Below, piece after piece: positions 9,366 to 18,187 of a stretch of DNA of 64,000 nucleotides. The stretch lies in assembly GCA_045646605.1 (NCBI GenBank), contig JAZRLA010000004.1, positions 14,251 to 78,250 on the forward strand. The letters run 5' to 3'. Source of the stretch: Candidatus Enterousia sp. (GTDB taxonomy: Bacteria > Pseudomonadota > Alphaproteobacteria > Rs-D84). Positions within the stretch are counted from its first letter, which is position 1. The number at the start of each line of letters is the position of its first letter. The notes under the pieces are model-generated. The model ran no database searches. It saw only the letters and a list, made by a program, of their open reading frames with translations, and was not told the DNA's origin. A program made the position numbers and the translations under genes.

Positions 9366-9590
9366 TTACTTTTTGTCCGTTCTTTTTTTGCATTTTTTCA
9401 AACAAAACCCATAATAAAATAATGATGATAATATGTTTTCTGGTATTACCTTGGTACCATGTTCACAATGGAATAATTCCCGTTGCGATATACCGAACAT
9501 TTTTGCGGCATCGCGTGTTTTTATACCGTTGTCGCGTCGTGCTTTGCGCAAAAGCGCCCCAAAATAGTTTGCATCAATCAATATAACCAT
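9366..9590 (-). CDS. XRE-family helix-turn-helix protein
   Basis: FGALLRKARRDNGIKTRDAAKMFGISQRELFHCEHG fits the HTH_XRE pattern; RBS gggag. Confidence 0.75.
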   Translation of the reverse strand: MVILIDANYFGALLRKARRDNGIKTRDAAKMFGISQRELFHCEHGTKVIPENILSSLFYYGFCLKKCKKRTDKK

Positions 9591-9773
9591 TTTTTCTCCC
9601 TTATTTTTTTATTGTTAAAAATACCGTCAATAAAAATCGACGGTTGGAGACTAGAAAGCTGTCAAGTAAACAGTGTTGCTTATTCAATATATTCGCAACT
9701 CTCCAACCTGTTGGAGTTCAATACCTGAGAGGCTTTCTAGACCTCGCATTAGGCACCGCCTTTTGCAACGGAT

Positions 9774-9802
9774 ATTATAATAAATCAAAAAGTGTGTTGC
9801 AA
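9774..9802 (-). promoter_or_regulatory. sigma70 promoter giving a ~180-nt structured leader to the XRE gene
   Basis: TTGCAA-N17-TATAAT on the minus strand. Confidence 0.7.
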
Positions 9803-9812
9803 TGAAAAATCT

Positions 9813-10385
9813 TTACAACGCGAATGTCAGCAGAATTCCGATGCCGGCGATGATGATTGCGCCGATGGTCAGTGGCCAAAAGAATTTTTTTACTATCGCG
9901 TTCGCGCGTTCTTGGAATCGCCAGAGCAGGTAGCCGACGATTGCGAATCGGCCCGTGCGCAATATCGCCGACAGTCCCAAGTATATGATTGCCGGGTATC
10001 CCATAAATCCCGCGCAGATGGTTAGCAATTTATACGGAACCGGTGTTATCGCCCCAAGGAATATGATGAATACGCCGTGTTTGATGAATAAACTTTGCGC
10101 CAGTTCGAATTTTTCCATGCTTGCGAAATTATTGATAAGCCACACGCCCACCGAATCGAACAGCCACATTCCGATACAATATGCGATAATTCCGCCGACA
10201 ATTGACCCAAGCGATGCGGCGATTACGACCGGAACCGCGCGTTTTTTATTCGCGATGATGGGTGGTGTCATGAAAACTTCGGGTGGAATAAACAAAAATA
10301 TGGATTCGCACACGGTTAAAATGAAAACCACCCATGTGTAGGCTTTGGTTTCCGCGCGCGACAGCAAGTATTCAGAAAATTTCAT
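9813..10385 (-). CDS. YqaA/DedA-family membrane protein
   Basis: ESIFLFIPPE, ASLGSIVGG..Y.IG, AITPVPYKL, RTGRF motifs. Confidence 0.9.
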   Translation of the reverse strand: MKFSEYLLSRAETKAYTWVVFILTVCESIFLFIPPEVFMTPPIIANKKRAVPVVIAASLGSIVGGIIAYCIGMWLFDSVGVWLINNFASMEKFELAQSLFIKHGVFIIFLGAITPVPYKLLTICAGFMGYPAIIYLGLSAILRTGRFAIVGYLLWRFQERANAIVKKFFWPLTIGAIIIAGIGILLTFAL

Positions 10386-10450
10386 GATTTTATCCCCGGT
10401 GTAAAAATTTTTTCTTGATTATGGTTGAATATCTTATACCGTAGAATACA

Positions 10451-10831
10451 ATGATAGCAATGGATTCGTCAATGCCAAAAAAACATATTGATTCAAACAG
10501 AAACGAACGCGTTGCCGCCAAGGTGCAAACCATTGTCGCGGAGATTTTACGCAAAGATTATGCCGATGATCCGATAATTTCCAAGGTGTCACTTGTTGGG
10601 GCCGATGGGCATGGGGGATTGCAGTTCGTGCGGTTGTTTTTTCATTGCCCGGTTGACGATATTGACGCGGCAAAGCGCGCGCTGGACATAGAAACGCGGA
10701 CGATTCGTTTTAAAATGGGGCAGAGAATTGACCAGAAATATGTACCACAGATACGGTTTACATACGATGATACACTGGAAAAGGCAGAGCGGATAGAAGA
10801 GTTGTTGGGGAGGGTAAGTGTTAGTGGTTAG
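10451..10831 (+). CDS. rbfA: Ribosome-binding factor A (start may be 10460 or 10472)
   Basis: R.ERVA..Q..VAEIL and KYVPQIRFTYDDTLE...RIEELL. Confidence 0.85.
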   Translation: MIAMDSSMPKKHIDSNRNERVAAKVQTIVAEILRKDYADDPIISKVSLVGADGHGGLQFVRLFFHCPVDDIDAAKRALDIETRTIRFKMGQRIDQKYVPQIRFTYDDTLEKAERIEELLGRVSVSG

Positions 10832-10859
10832 TGTTAGTGTAAGTGGTTAGTGTTAGTGG
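10815..10859 (+). repeat. T(T/A)AGTG(G) x7 tandem array
   Basis: taagtg ttagtgg ttagtg ttagtg taagtgg ttagtg ttagtgg; overlaps the rbfA stop codon. Confidence 0.9.
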
Positions 10860-10868
10860 GGTGGTTTT

Positions 10869-11240
10869 ATGAAATCGGTAAAGGAGTTAAAAGTTTATAA
10901 AATGGCGTTTCAAATTAGCCTTGATGTTTATAAATTGACCGAACGTTTTCCGCGGGTTGAGCAATTTGGCTTGGTGTCGCAGATGCGCCGTGCCGCTGTT
11001 TCGGTTTGTTCAAATTTGGTAGAAGGGGCTTCGCGTGGGACAACAAAAGATTATTTACATTTTGTGCATGTCGCAAAGGGAAGTGCATCAGAATTAGGGT
11101 GCCAGATAGATTTGTCCGCGGCGTTGGGCTTTATCAAGGAACCATTTGCAAAAAAATTAAAGAGTGATATAAATGAAATACTAAGGATGTTATCAGGATT
11201 AGTAAATACACTAACACTAACCACTAACACTAGCCACTAA
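10869..11240 (+). CDS. Four-helix-bundle protein (23S rRNA IVP / TIGR02436-like)
   Basis: [51 protein letters not shown]. Confidence 0.9.
   Translation: MKSVKELKVYKMAFQISLDVYKLTERFPRVEQFGLVSQMRRAAVSVCSNLVEGASRGTTKDYLHFVHVAKGSASELGCQIDLSAALGFIKEPFAKKLKSDINEILRMLSGLVNTLTLTTNTSH
11209..11240 (-). repeat. Inverted TTAGTG(G) x5 array
   Basis: cactaa cactaa ccactaa cactag ccactaa; supplies the C-terminus and stop codon of the four-helix-bundle gene. Confidence 0.9.
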
Positions 11241-11245
11241 GAGTC

Positions 11246-13033
11246 ATGAAACAAGAAAATATCCGAAACTTTTCAATTGTTGCGCATATCGATCATGGAA
11301 AATCGACGCTGTCGGATCGGCTTATTGAAATGACGGGTGGGTTGGAATCGCGCGAAATGAAGGCCCAGGTTTTGGATTCTATGGACATTGAACGCGAACG
11401 TGGAATCACCATAAAGGCCCAGACAGTGCGGTTGAACTATCGGGCCAAAGATGGTCAGGTTTATCAGTTGAACCTGATGGACACGCCGGGGCATGTCGAT
11501 TTTTCATACGAAGTGTCGCGGTCACTCGCGGCGTGTGAGGGGGCGCTGATATTGGTTGATGCAACACAGGGGGTTCAGGCGCAGACACTCGCGAATGCCT
11601 ATCTTGCGCTGGATAATGATTTGGAAATGTTACCTGTGTTGAATAAAATCGATTTGCCGTCCAGTGATGTTGATGCGGTGCGTGCGCAAATTTCCGATGT
11701 GATTGGACTTGATGCGGCGGACGCGATTGCGGTGTCGGGTAAAACCGGCGCGGGTGTGCCGGAACTGTTGGAAGAAATTGTGCATAAATTGCCGGCGCCA
11801 AGCGGTGATGAAAATGCGCCGACGCGTGCGTTGCTGGTTGATTCATGGTATGATTCTTATTTGGGTGTGGTTGTGTTGGTGCGTGTGGTGGATGGAACTT
11901 TGCGGTTGGGGCAAAAGATAAAATTTATCGCGACCGGCGCGGAATACACGGTTGAAAAAATCGGATACTTTACACCGAAAATGATAAATGTCGATTCGCT
12001 TTCGACCGGTGAAATCGGGTTTATTATCACGGGTATGAAGACGATTCACGATTGCAAGGTTGGCGATACAATTGCCGATGCACGTGCGACCGTTGATGTG
12101 TTGCCGGGGTTTAAACCGTCGGTACCGGTCGTGTTTTCTTCGTTTTTCCCGGTGGAATCTGATGATTACCCGACACTGCGTGAAAGTGCGGAAAAATTGG
12201 CGTTGAATGATGCATCGTTTGTGTTCACAACTGAAAAATCTTCGGCATTGGGTTTTGGACTGCGTTGCGGATTTTTGGGGTTGTTGCACATGGAAATCAT
12301 CAGTGAAAGGTTAAATCGCGAGTTTAATCTTTCGTTGATAAATACCGTGCCAAGTGTGCTGTATAAAATTCATATGCGCAATGGCGAAGTTATTGATTTG
12401 GAAAATCCCGCCGATATGCCGGACATTACAAAGATTGAATATATCGAAGAACCGTGGGTGCGCGCGACAATTATGATGCCCGATAAATATATGGGCGGAA
12501 TTATGCAACTTTGTTCCGAACGGCGCGGGGTCCAAGAAAATATATCCTATGTTGGGAATCGCGCGGTGTTGGTATATCAATTGCCGTTGGCGGAGATAGT
12601 GTTTGATTTCTATGATCGTGTTAAATCGATTTCTTCGGGCTATGCGTCATTTGATTATGTGGTGAACGGTTACCGGCAATCGGATTTGGTAAAGGTTTCA
12701 ATTCTTGTGAACGAAGAAAATGTTGAACCGCTATCATTTATGTGTCATCGCGGGTCGGCCGAAAAACGGGGGCGGGCGATTGTGGAAAAATTAAAAGACC
12801 TGATTCCGCGACATCAGTTTAAAATACCGCTTCAGGCGGCAATTGGTGGAAAAATTATTGCGCGTGAAACAATTGCGGCGTATCGCAAGGATGTAACTGC
12901 AAAATGCTATGGCGGTGATATCACGCGTAAAAGAAAACTTTTGGAGAAGCAGAAAGAGGGAAAAAAACGTATGCGGACGTTCGGTAATGTCGAAATACCG
13001 CAATCCGCATTCATAAATGCACTTAAAGTATAA
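11246..13033 (+). CDS. lepA: Elongation factor 4
   Basis: [50 protein letters not shown]. Confidence 0.98.
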   Translation: MKQENIRNFSIVAHIDHGKSTLSDRLIEMTGGLESREMKAQVLDSMDIERERGITIKAQTVRLNYRAKDGQVYQLNLMDTPGHVDFSYEVSRSLAACEGALILVDATQGVQAQTLANAYLALDNDLEMLPVLNKIDLPSSDVDAVRAQISDVIGLDAADAIAVSGKTGAGVPELLEEIVHKLPAPSGDENAPTRALLVDSWYDSYLGVVVLVRVVDGTLRLGQKIKFIATGAEYTVEKIGYFTPKMINVDSLSTGEIGFIITGMKTIHDCKVGDTIADARATVDVLPGFKPSVPVVFSSFFPVESDDYPTLRESAEKLALNDASFVFTTEKSSALGFGLRCGFLGLLHMEIISERLNREFNLSLINTVPSVLYKIHMRNGEVIDLENPADMPDITKIEYIEEPWVRATIMMPDKYMGGIMQLCSERRGVQENISYVGNRAVLVYQLPLAEIVFDFYDRVKSISSGYASFDYVVNGYRQSDLVKVSILVNEENVEPLSFMCHRGSAEKRGRAIVEKLKDLIPRHQFKIPLQAAIGGKIIARETIAAYRKDVTAKCYGGDITRKRKLLEKQKEGKKRMRTFGNVEIPQSAFINALKV

Positions 13034-13045
13034 AAGGAAAATAAA

Positions 13046-13447
13046 ATGGCGATGTTTGTAAAAAAAACTAATGAATCAAAATTACAGGAATTTATGCGGC
13101 TTTGTGCCAATGTGCGCGCTACGCGCAAGGCGTTAAGTGATGCCGAGGCGGAAATAACCTGTCAACGCAAAGAATATAATCTTGATGGGGCGAATTCTGG
13201 TAAGGTATGTATAAATCGTTTTGCTGGGGTTAGGGCAAAGAGGTTGAGTGCGCATCTTTTGGATGATAATGGATTGGTTGAATTTTGTGATAAGTATGAT
13301 TGTCATCATTTGTGCGAAGATAATGATTGTGCCTATGAAGAATTAAATTGGGATGCGGTTGCTGCACAAATTGCCTATGATGCGACGTGCCAAGAACGCA
13401 GGGACTTTGTTCGTGGCTTTTTTGGAATATCAAAGAAGGGTAAATGA
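13046..13447 (+). CDS. Hypothetical Cys-containing protein
   Basis: RBS aagga; CDKY..LCEDNDC motif shared with the next gene. Confidence 0.7.
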   Translation: MAMFVKKTNESKLQEFMRLCANVRATRKALSDAEAEITCQRKEYNLDGANSGKVCINRFAGVRAKRLSAHLLDDNGLVEFCDKYDCHHLCEDNDCAYEELNWDAVAAQIAYDATCQERRDFVRGFFGISKKGK

Positions 13448-13448
13448 A

Positions 13449-13832
13449 ATGTTCGATGATTTGAAACAACTTTTTTGGGTGACACGTGATATAACGCGTA
13501 AACGCCAAAGGGTTAAGCATTTGCAGGATAAAAACCTTGATGCCAAGGAAACAATAACCGCGGTGCCGGTGAATCGTTGTCCAAATTCTGGAATGGGGAC
13601 GGTGTCAAGGATGCATTGTGTGTTTTTATATTTGCAAAGGGGTGTGCCTGATGATAATTGTGAAAAATATTTAACACGTGAATATTGCAGTAATGCCGAT
13701 TGTCCTGGATTTTGTGCACACAAGAAATACATAAGAACAACACGAAAATTACAATGCGCGGAACGTGAATATAGGGAACTGTTGGCAACGCGGCAGTTTA
13801 TTTTCCGCAAGTTGCTTGGGCGGACTAAATAA
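13449..13832 (+). CDS. Hypothetical Cys-containing protein, probable paralog of the previous gene
   Basis: ATG at 13449 immediately after the previous stop; CEKY..YCSNADC motif. Confidence 0.7.
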   Translation: MFDDLKQLFWVTRDITRKRQRVKHLQDKNLDAKETITAVPVNRCPNSGMGTVSRMHCVFLYLQRGVPDDNCEKYLTREYCSNADCPGFCAHKKYIRTTRKLQCAEREYRELLATRQFIFRKLLGRTK

Positions 13833-13849
13833 AAATATAAGGAGCGGAG

Positions 13850-14854
13850 ATGGCGCATCAATTCTTTTTTAATCCATATATTTTGGATAACCTGAATGCG
13901 CCATCGCGTGGCTTTGATGTGGTTCAGGATATTTCCGAGCCACGCCTTCGTTTATATATAACGAGTCGGGGGGTAAAAACTTTCTTTGTGCGAAAGCGGA
14001 TAAATGGGCGCGACCGGCGTATTTTAATCGGTAAATATCCCGATATGGATATAGAAGAGGCGCGTGGTGCGGTTACGGTCGCCTTGGAGGATGCGTCGAA
14101 AAAAGTTTCGATAAAGCGCAAGAAAATTCTGTTTTCTGAATTTATTCAAATGTATTTGAAAAATCGTGTGCATCGGTCGGTTGGATCGTATGATAAACTT
14201 GTACGGTCGATAAATCAGCATTTAAATCCGTTGTTTGATAAAAATGTTTCGGATATAACAACCGATGACATTCGTGAAACAATTGGTGCAATCAATGGTG
14301 TGGCGATTGCTACGCGTATGCAGGAATTGTTACAAAGTGTATTTCGTTATGCCGTGGATGCGGGCTATGTGACGGTGAATCCGGTGTTGGCGTTGCCGCG
14401 ACAAAAACAAAATCGGCGTGTGCGGCCACTTAATAAGTATGGGTTAAATCGTTTGGTTGAATCGATAAATAATTATCCGGATACCACAATGCGGGCGGCG
14501 TTTTTAATGCTGATTTATGGGTTTGCGACAAAAAATCAGGTCTTTTCTATGCAGTGGGAAGATTTGGATTTCAACCGTGACATGTGGGGGGAACGGCCAC
14601 TGTCGGATAGGGCGGTTGTGTTGTTGCAAGATTTACCCCAGGACGGTTATTGGGTTTTCCCTGGGCGCGGGCATGGGCATTTGACCGATCCGCGTGTTGC
14701 GTGGGATCGTGTTGTGCGTGACGCGGAAATTCCGGATTTAACAATGGACGATGTGTATAAGTTTGTTGCGCGGCGCCTTATCTGGGCCGGGGACAAGGAA
14801 GATTTGCGTAATAATATGAATGAATTACTGGACGATTTGTTCGATATTGAATAG
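13850..14854 (+). CDS. P4-like integrase homolog (arm-binding domain plus core) with eroded catalytic motifs
   Basis: LRLYITSRGVKTFFVRKRINGR..IGKYPDMDIEEAR; WEDLDF; WVFPG; box II reads LTMDDVYK instead of HDLR. Confidence 0.8.
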   Translation: MAHQFFFNPYILDNLNAPSRGFDVVQDISEPRLRLYITSRGVKTFFVRKRINGRDRRILIGKYPDMDIEEARGAVTVALEDASKKVSIKRKKILFSEFIQMYLKNRVHRSVGSYDKLVRSINQHLNPLFDKNVSDITTDDIRETIGAINGVAIATRMQELLQSVFRYAVDAGYVTVNPVLALPRQKQNRRVRPLNKYGLNRLVESINNYPDTTMRAAFLMLIYGFATKNQVFSMQWEDLDFNRDMWGERPLSDRAVVLLQDLPQDGYWVFPGRGHGHLTDPRVAWDRVVRDAEIPDLTMDDVYKFVARRLIWAGDKEDLRNNMNELLDDLFDIE

Positions 14855-14969
14855 GGCGCGTTTTGTTATGGTTTGTTATAATTCCTTGACAGGGGGGCGT
14901 GAAAGTGATAGTTTTAGGGCACATGTCATGTTGTGTGACAAAAGGTTTAACAAAAATAAAGGATGAAAA

Positions 14970-15260
14970 ATGTCAACTTTTGAAAAAGTAAAAAAAATTG
15001 TCGCAGATAAATTGGGTGTGGACGAGGCAAAGGTTACCGAAGCCGCCGCGTTTGTGAACGATTTGGGTGCTGATTCTTTGGATGTTGTCGAATTTGTGAT
15101 GGAGGTTGAAAAGGAATTCGATATTACAATTCCGGATGAAGAAGCGGCGAAATTGGTCACGGTTGGTGACGCGGTAAAGTATATCGATGAACACAGCAAG
15201 GGTGCCAAGACAGTTAAAATGGATACTGCGGGTGGCGCGTCGGGTAAAATGGCCGCATAG
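14970..15260 (+). CDS. acpP: Acyl carrier protein with ~20-aa C-terminal extension
   Basis: [33 protein letters not shown]. Confidence 0.95.
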   Translation: MSTFEKVKKIVADKLGVDEAKVTEAAAFVNDLGADSLDVVEFVMEVEKEFDITIPDEEAAKLVTVGDAVKYIDEHSKGAKTVKMDTAGGASGKMAA

Positions 15261-15321
15261 GTTTTTTAATTTTTGTTTATTGTCCGTCGCGTTTTTCGCG
15301 ACGGATTTTTTTTTGGTGCGT

Positions 15322-15526
15322 AATTAAAACGGGACAGATTGCTTATTCTGAAGCGACGTCACCCCGCGGAAGCGCGGGGTCCAGTTTTTGCGAATGCAAA
15401 AATTTGCGTCGCAGACATCAAAGTTTTTCATTGTTTCACAATGAAAAATCCCCTGCGGGGCAAGTCATCGCTATCGCGATGCCTGGGCACCGCTCTTCAG
15501 CGGTGTGACGCGATTCTGGAATTTTA
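15322..15526. repeat. Multi-hairpin REPIN/MITE-like element, copy 2
   Basis: Same conserved internal motifs as 6574-6752. Confidence 0.8.
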
Positions 15527-15635
15527 CGCGTTTTATTTTATTATGCTTTAAAAGCGACGGATTTTTTTCTGTATTTTTTGCGGAAAACGTATTATTATTG
15601 GGGCGTGATTTAACTTTATCAAAAGGATTTATATT

Positions 15636-16886
15636 ATGAAAAGGGTTGTTATTACGGGTATGGGTATCGTGTCGCCGGTTGGATGTGGCATTGAACACGC
15701 GTGGAAAAGTATCGTTGCCGGGCGTTCGGGCGTTCGAAAAATAGAGGATTTTGATGCGTCCGAATTTCCATGTCAAATTGCGGGTGTGCCGGTGCGTGGT
15801 ACGGAACCCGGTATGTTTAATCCGGATGTGGCGGTTGAACCGCGTGACCAGCGCAAGATGGACAAGTGTATTTTATACGCTGTTGTTGCCGCGGATGAGG
15901 CCGTACGTGATGCGGGTCTGGACACGTACACTGGCGATAAAGACAGAATTGGTGTTTCGGTCGGCAGTGGTATCGGCGGGTTGAACACCATCTATGAAAA
16001 TTGTGTTGAACTTGAAAAAAATGGTCCGCGGCACATCAGTCCGTTCTTTATCCCAAAGTGCATTATCAATATGGCGGCGGGACATATTTCAATTAAATAT
16101 GGTCTGCGCGGGCCGAACGTTGCGATGGTGACGGCGTGTGCGACCGGCGCGCACAGTATCGGTGAAGGCGCGCGTTTGATTCAGCATGGCGATGCGGACA
16201 TTATGGTATGTGGTGGGTCCGAAGGTGCGGTTGGCAAAATCGGTGTCGCGGGATTTTCCGCGATGAAGGCGCTAAGTACGCGCAACGATGATCCGACGCA
16301 TGCGTCGCGCCCGTGGGACAAGGATAGGGACGGTTTCGTTATGTCCGAAGGTGCGGGTATTTTGGTTTTGGAAGAATACGAGCATGCGGTTGCGCGCGGG
16401 GCAAAAATTTATGCCGAAGTTGCCGGTTACGGCCTGTCGGGTGATGCGTATCATATAACCGCCCCGGCCGAAGGTGGCGAAGGTGGCGCGCGTGCGATGA
16501 TGGCGGCGTTGCGTGATGCGGGTCTGAATCCGGCGGATGTTGACTATATCAATGCGCACGGAACATCGACGGGGCTTGGCGATATCGGCGAACTGATGGC
16601 GGTAAAGAAATTGTTCGCGGGAACGAACGCATGTATGTCGTCAACGAAATCTATGACCGGGCACTTGCTGGGGGCCGCCGGCGCGGTAGAGGCGATATTC
16701 TGTACACTGGCCATTCGCGACGGAATTGTGCCGGCAACAATCAATTTGGAAAACCCGATTGAAGAAGTTGGCGATTTCGACCTGGTCCCGAACAAAGCCA
16801 AAAAACGCGATGTTAATGTCGCACTGTCCAATTCGTTTGGGTTCGGCGGCACAAACGCATCGTTGGTGTTGAAAAAGGTGGGGTAG
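15636..16886 (+). CDS. fabF: 3-oxoacyl-ACP synthase II
   Basis: TACATG, YINAHGTST, TKSMTGHLLGAAG, SNSFGFGGTN. Confidence 0.97.
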   Translation: MKRVVITGMGIVSPVGCGIEHAWKSIVAGRSGVRKIEDFDASEFPCQIAGVPVRGTEPGMFNPDVAVEPRDQRKMDKCILYAVVAADEAVRDAGLDTYTGDKDRIGVSVGSGIGGLNTIYENCVELEKNGPRHISPFFIPKCIINMAAGHISIKYGLRGPNVAMVTACATGAHSIGEGARLIQHGDADIMVCGGSEGAVGKIGVAGFSAMKALSTRNDDPTHASRPWDKDRDGFVMSEGAGILVLEEYEHAVARGAKIYAEVAGYGLSGDAYHITAPAEGGEGGARAMMAALRDAGLNPADVDYINAHGTSTGLGDIGELMAVKKLFAGTNACMSSTKSMTGHLLGAAGAVEAIFCTLAIRDGIVPATINLENPIEEVGDFDLVPNKAKKRDVNVALSNSFGFGGTNASLVLKKVG

Positions 16887-16890
16887 TTTT

Positions 16891-17194
16891 ATGCACCAAA
16901 AGACGTATAAATATCCAAAGAATCGGTTTAAGCATAATTTGATTGCGGTTCCCGCGGATTTCGCGAATTGCAGTGCGTGGAACAAATTACTGTTTTGATG
17001 GATATTTGCGGTGCACATATTTGAACGAAGGCATCGATGAAATGATGTCGGTTCATTGGGTTGGTGCGGAAACGCATGCGAATATTGCGCTGTGGCCGGA
17101 ATTGGTAAATTTTTTCAACAATGCCACAAAGCATAGAATAAGGCAAATTTCAAACGATATCACGACCACCGTGGTTTTTAGAGGGTATTTTTGA
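16891..17194 (+). pseudogene. Possible small gene split by a 1-nt frameshift near 16942
   Basis: ATG at 16891 (MHQKTYKYPKNRFKHNL) stops early; the +1 frame is open from 16943 to 17194. Confidence 0.35.
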
Positions 17195-17242
17195 CTTTGG
17201 GAAGGATTTATGATACAATTGCTAGCAGGTGTAATGGGGGAA

Positions 17243-18187
17243 ATGTCCATTTTTTGGCGATGGGTTGTTCTTTACGTTTTTTTACTGTTCGCATTTAACG
17301 CAAATGCGGACGAGGCGTCGTTGATATCCGCACTTCAAAATACATATACCGCGTGTGTTGGAATTGATGAATCTTTGGCAGATTTGAAAAAAATGGCAGG
17401 AATTAACACAGCGATTACTGGTGTTGGAACGGGTCTTGGCGCCGGCGCAACGATTGTCGGCATCGTAAAAGAGCAAACTGATAAAGATATAGAAAAATTT
17501 GAACGTTATATTAAGGAGTTGGATGCCGCCGCCGCAAGACAAACCACGGTGCCGTCAAGAATAGATGTGTCAGGCTCGCAAATTGATGAGTTGTTTGTGG
17601 GTGTTAATCAACGAAAAGATATAAATGGGGAATTAGAAAAATTAAATAAAAAATCAAAAACACTTGGTGCTTGGCGCACAGGGTTGTTGGCGGGGAATAC
17701 GGCAACAAATGTTGCAGGTGCAATTATCGCAGGTCAAAATCGCACAGATGGGGATTTGCAAAGTCAAATTGATAATTGCAAAACCGCGATATCCGAATTG
17801 CGTCGTGCGCGGGCCCAGGCACGGGTTGATAAAGTTGATACGACCGATGCAAATGCGATTATATCTGCGTGTGAAGGATTCGAAAGTGTTGATATATCAA
17901 AAATAAACGAACGTGCAAAAGGTGCAATGATATCAAGTGCGATTGGCGCAACAACTGGCCTTACGGGCACGATAACGAGTGGCATTGCAAACAGCGATTC
18001 GGTGCGCGACAAAGGTGAAGGTGGAGCCCGGACCGATAAAGAAAAAAATCTGAACATTGCTTCAAATGTATTGGCGGGTGCATCAACTGTTGCGTCTGCG
18101 ACGGCAACGGTATTTAATGCGACCCAGATATCTGCGATTAAAAAGGTTTCGGATGTTGCCACAAAATGTACGGAGGCATTAAGATGA
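17243..18187 (+). CDS. Secreted protein with repeated Gly/Ala/Thr-rich hydrophobic helices
   Basis: Signal peptide ending ANA; glycine-zipper-like segments in two repeated halves; paired Cys. Confidence 0.75.
   Translation: MSIFWRWVVLYVFLLFAFNANADEASLISALQNTYTACVGIDESLADLKKMAGINTAITGVGTGLGAGATIVGIVKEQTDKDIEKFERYIKELDAAAARQTTVPSRIDVSGSQIDELFVGVNQRKDINGELEKLNKKSKTLGAWRTGLLAGNTATNVAGAIIAGQNRTDGDLQSQIDNCKTAISELRRARAQARVDKVDTTDANAIISACEGFESVDISKINERAKGAMISSAIGATTGLTGTITSGIANSDSVRDKGEGGARTDKEKNLNIASNVLAGASTVASATATVFNATQISAIKKVSDVATKCTEALR

Noticed and set aside
10869..11240. Diversity-generating retroelement implied by an Avd-like fold
   Set aside because: No reverse transcriptase in the window; mismatches in the 97-bp repeat pair are not confined to adenines, so it is not a TR/VR pair.
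13046..14854. Prophage or integrative element around the integrase homolog
   Set aside because: No att repeats, no phage or conjugation genes, and the catalytic residues are missing.
16891..17194. Programmed frameshift after fabF
   Set aside because: No recognisable slippery site or stimulatory structure; a 1-nt indel or a TTG start at 16943 explains it equally well.
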